DNA of 63,986 bases, filler included, from Fonticula-like sp. SCN 57-25 (taxonomy: Eukaryota), in NCBI GenBank assembly GCA_001724245.1. It is 3 parts of 3 records of this genome, joined end to end, with 100 filler letters (N's around TTAATTAATTAA, not from the genome) between each part and the next. Parts side by side here need not be neighbours in the genome. Positions count along the whole stretch, not along the records: positions 1 to 28,166 come from MEDX01000092.1; positions 28,267 to 47,891 come from MEDX01000096.1; 1 more part is not named here. One strand, written 5' to 3'. The notes beneath the pieces are model-generated. The model was not told the origin of the DNA and did not search any database. It saw nothing but the letters and a program-made list of their open reading frames with translations. Of the stretch, positions 26,703-37,668 are shown in pieces. Numbering within the stretch: position 1 is the stretch's first letter; each line of letters begins with the position of its first letter. Both the position numbers and the translations under genes were made by a program.

Positions 26703-26946
26703 TTATAATGTACAGAATGATATAGTGAAATGGATTCAATTAAAAGTAAAGTATCAAAAGTGGGCATCTTAGAGTACGTTTAGTATACTATTTGTATACA
26801 ATATTTCAGTAAACACAATCAAAAAGTGACCAAAAACAAACCTTTTTCAACCATAAAGTAACCAAAAGTATACTTTTTCTCATTATCTTTCATCATTATA
26901 TTCAATAAATAAGCACTTTATACAACAATCATTTACAACTTTATAG

Positions 26947-28166
26947 TTAATCTTCCTTTGTTGGCTTGAAAGGCAATCTTGCCTCATCCCACGGCCCTCT
27001 AATCTCATTCTTAAACTGCTGAATCCATATTAGCCACAATGGCGACACAAACGTAACAAACAAAACAGCAGACAAAAATAGCGTCGCCATAAGATTGCTG
27101 ATTGGCGCAAGCAGAAATGTCGCGAGTGTCACCATGGCAACAGTGATGTGATTGGTCACTGATTGGGGGAGGGAGACGAATAGGTGGCGGCGCAGCATTG
27201 GCAGAAATGCAAACATGAGATTGGCCACGAGGACGAGGCCGAACACGTGGACGGCGGAGGGGAGGCGGGAGGCGAGCACGACAGAGGCGCTGACGGCGGC
27301 ATTAAGCGATAAAATGCCAGTAAAGTGCCTTTTGAAGGAAAGAAAGAGAAAGAAGGAAAAAGAAAGAGGGAAAAGTATATAAATAGAGTCAATATTGACT
27401 AGGTACACACCAGATATACTCAATACATACCCAAATATACCCAATACACTTGACACATACTCAACGTATACTCAACATATACTCATACTCATACACATAC
27501 ACATACATATACACTACATATACTCAACATATACTCATACTCATACACATACACTACATATACTCATACTCATACACTACATATACTCATACACTCATAC
27601 TCATATACTCATACCCATACTCATACATCATACCCACTCCCATACCCATACACAACCCATAATCCCAACCGACTTTCCAACGTACTCTGTTGCAGTTGGC
27701 GCCCATGAATAGTCGTGCATGAGCAAACTGATACAAAACAAGAGAACTGATCCTGCCCATACAGTGTCGCTGCTCGTGTCTTGCGTGAGTGTCCGAAGAA
27801 CAGGCGAAAGGCCAAACAGGACAAAGGTGTAGATGACAGAGCCGCGGATCACCGACGGACCAGCTGACGCAAGAAATTAGCATTAAAAAAAGAGGAAAAA
27901 AACAAAAATAGTAATAAAAACAAATATTTATACGTACGAAATGATGGCCAGTGTGGAAGGCTCCAGCAAATGTACCCGACGACGGCGGAAACGACGCCGA
28001 ATGCGACCAGCGCATTCGCAGAAACGTAGCCTTCGTAGGTGTAGAGGAAGAGCGCAGAAAACAGCGCCAGTGTCGAGAGGTGCTGCGTGACGGAGGCGGA
28101 CAGGCGAACAAGCGTAAAGTAGTCGTATGTCCGCACATTCACTGGCGAGATCGGCATCAGCATCGG
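26947..28166 (-). CDS. PIGC: GPI-GlcNAc transferase subunit PIG-C/Gpi2 (5' end lost at contig edge)
   Basis: LSPVLRTLTQDTSSDTVWA, HDY, LSLNAAVSASVVLASRLPS, QQFKNEIRGPWDEA. Confidence 0.92.
27400..27660. repeat. Degenerate (CATACT/CATACA/CATACC)n simple repeat inside a PIG-C intron
   Basis: Directly visible near-G-free tract on the + strand; it lies in the 357-nt intron 27329-27685, far longer than typical introns here. Confidence 0.9.
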
Positions 28167-28266
28167 NNNNNNNNNNNNNNNNNNNNNNNNNNNNNNNNNN
28201 NNNNNNNNNNTTAATTAATTAANNNNNNNNNNNNNNNNNNNNNNNNNNNNNNNNNNNNNNNNNNNN
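28167..28266. other. Artificial contig spacer (N44-TTAATTAATTAA-N44)
   Basis: N runs flank a 12-mer with stops in all six frames; genes on both sides are truncated. Confidence 0.97.
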
Positions 28267-31200
28267 ATAAAGTGGTACCGAGCACACATATCCGACGCAG
28301 AATAACTAGCAAGGCACGCAAGTTAGAAAAACAAGGGGCCCGCATGGTCCGTACCAATTGGCGATAACGGTCTCTAGGACGGACGGCATCTCGCGGTTGT
28401 ACGCAAGAAGCGCTTGAAGCGCGCTGCAACCAATTTCCCTGTTCTTGTCGTCGTCAGACTCAATGGCGTCGTTTATCCACGAGAATAAGCTGTCCAGCTT
28501 GATGAGCGAGTCGTTTGGCAAAAAGACGCCCGGCAACTCCCGTTCCATCTTGTAAATGCGCCCACGCAGCATCGCGGCCATCCCGCGGTTCGCCGCATCA
28601 TCGAGAAGCGCAACGTAGTCGCTCGTAGCGACCATACGCATGTCGCCGACCGACGGCTTCCGGCGCGGCCGCGTGGCCGCCGCCCATTCTTCAAAGAGGT
28701 AAAAGTAGGCGACGCGGATGGACAGCGGAAAGTGCTTGTTGCAGAGCACTTCGTTCTTTTGGACGTTGAGGAAGAGCTGCGAGACGAGAGAGCAAAAGTG
28801 GTAACGAAGGACCATCATTTCGGCCGACAGCTCCTTGTTTATCGACGGCGACGTCAGCTGCACTTTGGCAATCGCAACATACTCCATCATGTTCTGGACG
28901 AGATCTAAAAGAATGAAGGTGAGATGCTGCAAACTAAATGAACAAGACCGTACCTTCCTGGACGATGGAACTTTGGTTGAGCTCGTACGCCACCACGTGG
29001 TAAATGTGACTGATTTCCGCGCGAAGACTTTCCATCTTGCGGATGCGCGTGCTCTTGGTCGTGGCCTTTGCGTCGTCGATAAAGATGGCCTTTGCCGACG
29101 GCTTCAGCTCGTCGAGGAGCACCTTGTACACGAGCTCGTTCACGCTCCCGAGTGCTTCCACGACGCTGGAGACAATGAGGTCCTTGTCGCTGCGCAGGAG
29201 CGGGAGCACCGCGCGGAAAACGTCCTTTGCCGACATGAACATAAGCCGCGGGCTCCTGGCCATGTTGTTCTGGCTCTCCGGGACGGTGGCCGTGCCGCAT
29301 ACAAACACGAGGTAGTTGCGCCACTGCATCAAGCGCTCGTCCGAGGCCGGCGGCTCGATCTGCTTGCCGAGGCCCGTGATGGTCCCCACGAGACTCGTAG
29401 GGCCCGCCACGTTAGCGGCCGCTTCCACGCTCGCCTGCATGTCGGCCAACCGCACGGCCGCGGCCGTCCAGCAGCTCTCGAGCGTCCGCGGGCACAAGTC
29501 GCTGACGCGCTTGGCCATTTCCGTGCAGGCGCGTGCCCAGATAATCTGGTGCTCGGCGCTATCGCTCTTTGCCAATTCCAAAAAGGTCAAGTTCCCGATG
29601 GGCCTTCCCAGACCGACGGGCCCGCTGGCCTGCGGGGCCGTGATCCTGCTCAGCACCTCTGCGCCGAGCTCTTCCATAACCTGGATCACGCGCGTCGACG
29701 AGCTCAACGATGACATTTGCGGCGGCGGGGAGACGCCGGCCGCGCGGAACTGCTCGGCCACCTGCTTGGCGACCGTGTCAATCGTGCGAAGCACATCTAT
29801 GGCCACCAAGCGGACGGCAGCATTGATGCTGCACAGCGTCAAGAGGCAGGCCTCCTCGGCCACCTCGAAAATATCCAACAGACCGCTGGAGCCCTTTTGC
29901 GTCAGCATGGGTGTGGTGGTGCCGGCCAAGTGCATCATCGATGATGACGGCGGCGACGAGCCCAGCAGCGACGGGTTGGAGGCCGAGTGTCGCATGCCAG
30001 AGCCCGCCAAGGCCGGTACCGACGCGCTCAGGTAGCCCGGGAGCGGGCTGGACGGGGCCGGCGACGGCGACAGTTGACTGCGGTCGGGCGTGCCGTGCTG
30101 TAGCGCGAGCGACGAAGAGACGGATGACGCAAAGCGTGCTGGGCTACCTTTGGCCGCCGACGACGCGCGAGGCCGCAGCTGATCAAAGCTCGAGAGATGG
30201 CGCGGCGATTCGTCCACGGCCGACGCACTCCCGCGCAGGTGGCTGTGCGCAGGCGACGATGGGGCCACACTCTGCAGAGCCGCTTTGGCCGCTGCCTTTT
30301 CCTGAAGGTCGGCGAGAAGCAGCGAACGCAAGGTGGAGCTTAGGAGCGTCATCAGCTGCAAAAGTACGGCCGTCTGCTTATCCGACATGGACACGAGGAG
30401 ACCTGCGAGGATCCTGATCGCCGGCGCGCGCATCGGTGCGCTCTGCTCGCACGAGCGAACAAGCGCAGCCGCAGCGTCCGCCGCGAGCCCAACGTCGAGA
30501 TGCATCGAGTAGTTGGCGAGCATGGACAAAAGCGTCGTCGAGGCCATGTCGGGGAGGATGCGCGGGATTCCTCGAATGATGACACGCATTACTTCCACGA
30601 GCGGCGCCTTTTCTTTGGGCAGGACGTCACCAAGCGACTTGTTCGGGTGGCGCCGGTACGTCATGCTGCCCAGGACAGCGTCCAGCGTGGTAAAGTAATG
30701 GCCGACCGCCTCATTGATAGTCGACACATGGCCCGCAAGACCGAACCGCGAAATATCCGCTTCCGAAAAGATGCGGGCGAGCGCTGAAATTTCAACGGTT
30801 AGACTCGCCTCCCAAAAAGATCAGGCAGAGCGTACCGGTACGCCGGACGCGCAGCGAGTAGCCTGAGGGAAGCTGGTCGTTGATAAGCGGAAACTCTGGC
30901 CTTAGGCTGCCCAGCTCGAGGTCCTCAACGATCATTAGAAAGGCTATGGCCATCATTAGTCACCGGTGCGTCAGCCGTCGACTACGCGCACCATGTACAG
31001 CAATCATAATACGTTCGGGCCCGAGGTTGTCCGCCGATGCGTTCTTTTCACCAGCGTGCAGCAGGGTCGACGACACGCGCTTCAGGGCAAAGTCCGTATT
31101 CCGCAGCGCAATCATGTGGACGATCTGAACAAACCGCTCCAGCGATGTGTCCTGCACACGTGTTAGATAAAACAAATGCACATCGCGGTTGCGCACCTGA

Positions 31201-32645
31201 GGGACGACGTGCTTCTTGCCATCGGGGAAAAGGACCTTGAGCAGTGAATCCAGCACCTTGAAAGTGGACGAATCCGGCTCCTTCCACCGAAACAGGTACA
31301 CCCACAGTAGCCGAGATATGCACGTGAGGGCCATAGCGCGCCACGTCTTTTCCTACAGTGCGTCGTTAACAGTGGCCCAAGGTGTTCGGTGAGAGTATCC
31401 ACGTACTCGAAAAAGCCTATAGCAGCTTTCCGTAAAGGACCACCAGTGCGCCATAAAGTGCTCCCTCTTCATGACGCAGAGCAGCGTTGTAACAAGAGGG
31501 TACGCCACAAAGGTGTGCTTTGGCTTGAGCGTCATCTTCATGGCCTTGCGGTAGATGGGCTCTATGCTGTTGTTCCACCTAGGCACATTCACCTCAGCGT
31601 CGCCGATGGTCTGGGCACGTGCGTGTCAGCAATGTCGAAATATGCGCAAGTGTCGGCGTACCGAGCAAAGTGGTGAGAGAAGCTCTACAAAGAGCTCTGC
31701 AAACGCGTGCTTCAAGCGGACGCTATGCGTGGACTCGAAGAGCTTGCCGCACGTCTCCAGGAAATCCGCCGCCTCGGTCAGCTTGTCCATCGGGTAAATC
31801 TAACGGCGTATGAGCAATAGTTGCAGCAATCAATGCGTGACGCGCACCTTTAATACAATGAATCGCATTCCGCGCGCAAAGATCTCTTGCTTTTCTGAGC
31901 GCGCCTCCTTGAGGTCGTCGAGCTCCTGTAGGAAGAGGTCGATGACCGGGAGGAATCGCTTCCCCGATATCGCACCCAGCAGCTCCGAGTAAAGATCAAT
32001 GACAGCCTGCTTGTTGCCTGACTTTGACAAGACATCGCTACGAAACGGGCGTCAGAGATAGGGAGTCGAAGGAGAACGGCGCGGCGTACGGGTCGGCATT
32101 CTTGAGCTGCTCAAAGGCAAAGCCTTCGAGCCACTTTAGCTGCGCATCCACTTCGTCCACGGACTTTACCACATTAATTGTAATTCGACAAAAGAAAAAG
32201 TCGATGGCGGCCGCTCTCCTCTCCAGGAGCACGTTCACATGCTCCTTGGAAAGTTTGCTCACGTCACTAGCGTGCGGCAGTGTGAGTATGAAGCGAAAGC
32301 GGCTAGGATTACCGTACTGTCCGCGAATTTCTTCTTGCATTCGCGTCTGCCTCCACTGCCGCAGTACGTCAATCACCTTTACGTAAAAGTTCTTTGTAAT
32401 CTTTCCAAAGGCGACGATGAGGCGGTCGATGGGCTCGTTCGCGCCGTGCTGGCAATACTGCGCCACCACCACGTCCATGTCCTGCCAAGCAAAATATAAA
32501 GAGTCAGTCGCTCGCCGCGTGCACAACAAACGTCTGCTCGCACCGGCGTCATCGAAGCGACCTTGTTTATGATGGTGTCGGCCTCCTGGAGCAGCTTGGC
32601 GCATAGCTGCCGGACGGCGAAATGCCCCGGCGTATCGCTCGCCAT
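28267..32645 (-). CDS. Furry/Tao3/Mor2 cell-morphogenesis scaffold, N-terminal part (3' end lost at spacer)
   Basis: LLERRAAAIDFFFCR, DLYSELLGAIS, KHAFAELFVELLSPLCS, EVNVPRW, YPLVTTLLCV, ALTCISRLLWVYLFR, PERIMIA, QWRNYLVFVC, LRYHFC, LFEEWA. Confidence 0.9.
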
Positions 32646-33051
32646 GGTCCGCGGCCGACTTGATTCCACGCACACCAACGGCAGGAACAGATCCCTCTTT
32701 GATCCGTGACAGTGATAAAAGCGTAGCTAGAGCCCCGGCGCTCTTCTTGCGTCTTACTTGCGTACGGATCGGTCAAAACTCCCGTCCCCTGCCTCAACTT
32801 CCCAGCTGGTTCTGCTGATTAGGAACGCCCGCCTACGATTTGGGGGTGGACTGTTCAGCGGAATTGATAAATACCAGCCAATCAAAAGCGTTGATCGGGC
32901 GATTGGCGGGCTTTTTTGAGCGATTTTTTCCGGTGCATGTGTAAGGTGCTGTTTCTCGCTCGAAAATAGCTCTGGAGAGAGCGCCCAAAAGCGTCTATTC
33001 ATAAACGTGCCCCAGCCGTTCAAAAATATATAAAAAATTTGTTAAAGTGAA

Positions 33052-33260
33052 AGTTTTCCGCCGCCCCCCGCCCTTTCGGAATTTATTCCACTATTGATCG
33101 TGGACACTCATACCCCATACAAACACTGCCAGTATTCTTAATCAATTGTATACCCTAGAGGGCGCTTCGGGGCGCCTGGGCGTTGTGCAAGCGTCGTTGC
33201 GACGTGCACGGTGTATATTGTTCTTTTGATTCAGTACGTATTGAAAAGGGGGGCAAAACT
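33052..33260 (+). ncRNA. Candidate structured ncRNA of unknown class
   Basis: Complementary ends, several internal stems including a cUUCGg-capable hairpin, and TATATAAA at 33027-33034 just upstream. Manual folding only. Confidence 0.4.
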
Positions 33261-33287
33261 ATATTCACAGTTGGATTTTAAGGTACT

Positions 33288-35138
33288 CTAAGGCTTCATG
33301 GTCGGGAACAAAAGCACATCTCTGATATGAGGCGTGCCGTTGAGTAGCTAAAACGCCACGGTAAGTACACAAGGCAACAGGGAGAGCGTTGAGCGCACCA
33401 TCACCAGGCGGTCGACGCCGAGTCCCCATCCGGCCGTTGGCGGGAGTCCGTACTCGAGTGCGCGGCAAAAGTCCTCGTCCAGCGGCTGCGCCTCGAGATC
33501 GCCGTTTGCGCGCTGCTGCATCTGGTCACGGAAGCGCTCGCGCTGCTCCTCAGGGTCGTTCAATTCCGAGTAAGCGTTCACGAGTTCTTTGCCCGCCACA
33601 AAGAGCTCGACGCGGTCGCTCAGCGCCGAGCGCGTCGGGTGCCTCTTTGCCAGCGGGCTCATCTGAATCGGGTGGTTGGCCAAAAAGGTCGGCTGCTCGC
33701 ACATTGGCTCGACGTAGTGGCCAACCAGCGTGTCGATCAACCGCGGGATGCTGTGCGGCGGCGACGGCAGCTGCACGCCGTGCCGCTGGCAGTACGCAGC
33801 GACCGCCTCGGCCGCGTTCGCAGAGGCAAGGTCTGGCAAAGACTCTCCCGTATTCTTTTCAATCTCCTCGGTAATGTCTAGGACTTTGTACGGCGGAGTA
33901 AAGTCAACGGCGATGGGCGCGCCGCCGCCCGAACGGACAACATTGACAATTGGGCTGTCATTGTTGACCTGCTTGACGATATCTAGCGGCGCCCGTGTCA
34001 GCAGCAAGCGGCGTCAAAGAACAAATGGCAAGAAGCATGGCGTACATGAAAGGATGTCCTCGGTGAACTGCATGGCGGCGCGGCAGTCCGCGTACGCCAT
34101 GTACATCTCGCAAGTGGTGAACTCGGGGTTGTGCGTGGCGTCCATGCCTTCGTTCCGGAATTGCTTTCCCAGCTCAAACACGCGGTCCATGCCGCCGACC
34201 ACGAGGCGCTTCAGGAGAAGCTCGGGGGCCACGCGGAGCGTCATGTCCATCCCGAGCGAATTGAGGCGAGTCGTGAAGGGCTGCGCGGTGGCGCCGCCGG
34301 CGGCCGTCCACAGAATAGGCGTCTCTACCTCGACAAACGACCGCGAGGCCATAAAGTGACGAATTAGGCGAAGGACAGCACTTCGCTTCTTGAACACCTC
34401 GATCGCGTCCGGGTTCACCAAAAAGTCCAGGTGGCGCTGGCGCGAACGCACCTCCTATCATCACATCAGCAACGAGAACACTCAGCAGATCGCGTACAAT
34501 ATCCTTTAGCGTGCCGCGCGGGGGAAGCGCGTGCAAGCATGGGCTCACAAGCTTGCAGTCGGTGGCGAACACGCTTGGGTGTCCGTGCTCGGTGCGGCCA
34601 ATAAACCCCGCGAACGCCGCGATGTCGCCCCGCTTAAAGTTTCTCGCGGCGCGGTCAAAGTGGTCATCGTCAGCAAAACGCCGCCGCGATATTACCACTT
34701 GCGCAGGCACCCCGTCCCTCTCAATGTCCAGGAAGATGAGCCGGGAGCTGGCCTCACGGCGGCTGGTAATTCGGCCTGTGGGGCATGGCGCACGTGTGAG
34801 CGCCCACGGCCATCCACGCAGCACCACGTACCAAACACGATTGCAGACGTCTCGCTCACCGTCCCTGGGGGAAGTCCATTGCCCACGCGCGCCACTTCGG
34901 CGGTCGACGTGGGAGTGTCGGAGGCGTTCCAATGGGGGTACGCCGACTGGCCCGTCTGATGGCTCATCGCCTTCAGCTCGGCCAATCGCTGAACCCGGTA
35001 CGTCTCATCGGAGCTGGTGTTGCTCGGCGCACTTGTGGCGGTGCTATTAGGGGAGGGCGCCGGGCGGGCCTGGGACGAAAGGGAGGCGACGCGAGTCCAC
35101 GCGGCGCGCGCCGCCGCCGGCCGCAGTCGTCCAAGCAT
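33288..35138 (-). CDS. Lysyl-tRNA synthetase (class II), probably mitochondrial
   Basis: Arg/Ala-rich presequence [92 protein letters not shown]. Confidence 0.93.
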
Positions 35139-35590
35139 CGCTCCCGACCACGTGGATGTGGTTGCGCTGACAGGCGATCTCCAAGAGCAGGAGGGGAGGC
35201 AAGGCGCCCCGTACGGCTACGAAAGTGGTGCCTTTTGCAAGAGGTAAACTAAATATATACATGTTTTGTGCACGCTTTTAGAGCGAGTCACATTTATAAT
35301 CATGTTGCTTTCCCCGCCTTCTCGTTGTGTGGTGCATGAGTGCTCAATGGCCCAAATTACAAGTGGCGCGCGTCAGAATGCCCTTGAAAAAAGAGATATA
35401 TTCATCCCGCCAACGGGAATGCTGCGATGACCTCGTCACAGTCCCATAGTGATAGGCAAGAGGGCAGTAGTGCTAAACGAATATACTATCGACTCGCGCG
35501 ACCCTAAATGCTTCTAACAGCATAACGATGTTTATGCAGACGCTAATACATGACTTTTAACATAGATAAAATAATAAGAAAGGAAACATT

Positions 35591-36003
35591 TTAAAATGCT
35601 CCGCCGACCTGCTGCACCATGGCGTCGATCGAGTCGTTGTCCTCCATTCCGAGCTACAAGCGAGCGGATGTCAGCATCAACAAATGCGCGCCAAATGTCG
35701 TAATCGTTTAATCGTACATCCTCTGGCGTCTGCTCCGGGCGGATGCGCTCGCCGTCGTAAAGGAAGCGAAGCGACTCAATGGACTTGCCCTGGCGCTCGC
35801 AGTACGCGTCCATCAGCTTCTTGAGCGGCGTCTGGCGCTTGATCTTGAAGAACACCTCGTTGTGGTCCTATACACATTCCAATAAAATCGTCAGCCAACA
35901 ATAACACAGCGCACTGCAGGGCGTCAACAAAACGTACCGTGCCAACAACCTTGAGGTTGATGTGCTCAGCCTTCTTAATGTCTGCCTTGGTGTCCTCCTC
36001 CAT
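35591..36003 (-). CDS. SMT3: SUMO precursor
   Basis: EHINLKV...EVFFKIKRQTPLKKLMDAYCERQG...LRFLYDGERI...QQVGG followed by an AF propeptide; three exons. Confidence 0.97.
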
Positions 36004-36288
36004 TGCGTCAAAGATGCCTGCTCGAACAGCTGCAGAAAAAGGCGCCAACAAGAAACGATGACGTCACATACACCACGATGACGTAGGCAACGAAGGCCCA
36101 GCCACATCCACGTGGCCCTACAGTAATATCCACGTGGTCATCTATGACAAAGCTGCTTGGTAAGCCCTATCACTATATAAACACAAGCGAGTAGACCCCC
36201 CTGAATTGTACTTTGTTCAACACGCATGCGCCGAGCACTCCCACTTGTCCTGTTGTCAAGCATTGTTTCAGCTTCCACTTTTTCTACC

Positions 36289-37311
36289 ATGACGCCAAAA
36301 CTCACAAGCCCCGCCTACTGGAAGACACATCTCGAAAAGACGCTTCCGTCTTACGAGTCCGGTCGCCTTCCGTCCATCTTTCTCGCCCACGGATGTACGC
36401 GATTCCTCAAAGTCCGCCCTTTTCATTTTCTTACCCCTTGCTTTTGCAGCGCCGATGCTGATCTATCCCAAGGATCTCCCGTCTCGTTTCCCGCTCAAGT
36501 CTGGCGGCCCCGATGGCGAGCACGCTGCGTTTCTTCGCGCCTTTGGCCCCTTCCTCATGGAGCGGTACCGTCCCAAGGCGCTCGTCGTCTTCTCGGCCCA
36601 CTGGGAGACGACCGGCCAGATTGAGATCACCGACTATCGCGACAACCATCTGCTGTACGACTATTACGGCTTCCCTAAGCCGATGTACGATGTGACTTGG
36701 AAGAGCCACGGCTCGTCCGAGATCGCGTCGCGTGTCGAGTCGCTCCTGGGCCAGAACAACATCCGCTCGAAGCGGTTGAAGGAGGGCGGTCGCGGCATTG
36801 ACCACGGCGTCTTTGTGCCGTTCATGCTCATGTTCCCCGACCAGCCGTTCCCGATCCCCGTCACCGAGGTGTCGATCCCGAGCTCGCTCGACCCCAAGGA
36901 GCTGCTCGCACTCGGCAAGGCGCTCGAGCCCCTGCGGTACGCCGCCGGGCCCACACTTTAGTTTTTTTGCTAACATCTTTCCGCTTTAGTGACGAAGGCG
37001 TCCTTATCATCTCAGGCGGTCTCACCGTCCACACGTTCGAGGACTTTAGCGCGTGGGAGGCGTCGACCGCCGACGCGCAGTACCTCGACCTGCACGCGTC
37101 GATCCTCAAGGCGATCGAGTCGCCCGGCAAGTCCGAGGAGGAGCGCAACGCCGCGCTTGTCAGCCTCGTGAAGCACCCTTCGTTCCGCCGGGCGCATCCC
37201 CGCGAAGAGCATTTCGTGCCCATTTATGTCGCCGCGGGAGCCGGTGGGCAAGGGTCGCCAAAGTTGCTTTGCAGCGAGTACGGCATTGTCACCGCCGCCT
37301 TTGGTGTTTAG
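36289..37311 (+). CDS. LigB-family (class III) extradiol ring-cleavage dioxygenase, DOPA 4,5-dioxygenase-like
   Basis: FLAHGSP, FSAHWE, YDYYGFP, RGIDHGVFVPF, SGGLTVH, AHPREEHFVP; TATATAAA at about 36174. Confidence 0.9.
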
Positions 37312-37668
37312 CCGCAGTGCCGCCTTGTCCTTTTAATTATTAGTTGCGCATGTTTTGTTGTTGATTTGTAAGGCCGCTCTCTCGGCCGCCCGTTGCAATA
37401 CATATTGAATGCATTATTTTGGCCAACATTTATTCGCGCTCGGCGTTCAGTATATCCCCGTTTCCTACTCTGCCAGTTTCCAACAAAAGTTACACGGACA
37501 GAGCAGAGGAACGGAAAGAGAAAGAGAGAGGCTATCTAGAGTACAACGGTGTGACATATGGGCGAACAATATGTGCGTAAAGAGGATTCGAATGAAACCG
37601 ATAGCCGAACCAAAAAAGGGAAACAAAACAAAACATAACGAATAAAGGCAACGGACAGTAGGGCAAAT

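Noticed and set aside
28211..28222. TTAATTAATTAA palindromic motif occurring twice (also 47936-47947)
   Set aside because: Synthetic six-frame-stop linker inside N runs, not biological.
35350..35390. Minus-strand AAGGGCATTCTGACG plus AATTTGG resembling U11 snRNA and an Sm site
   Set aside because: Spacing is far too short for U11, and no U12-type introns were seen in the window.
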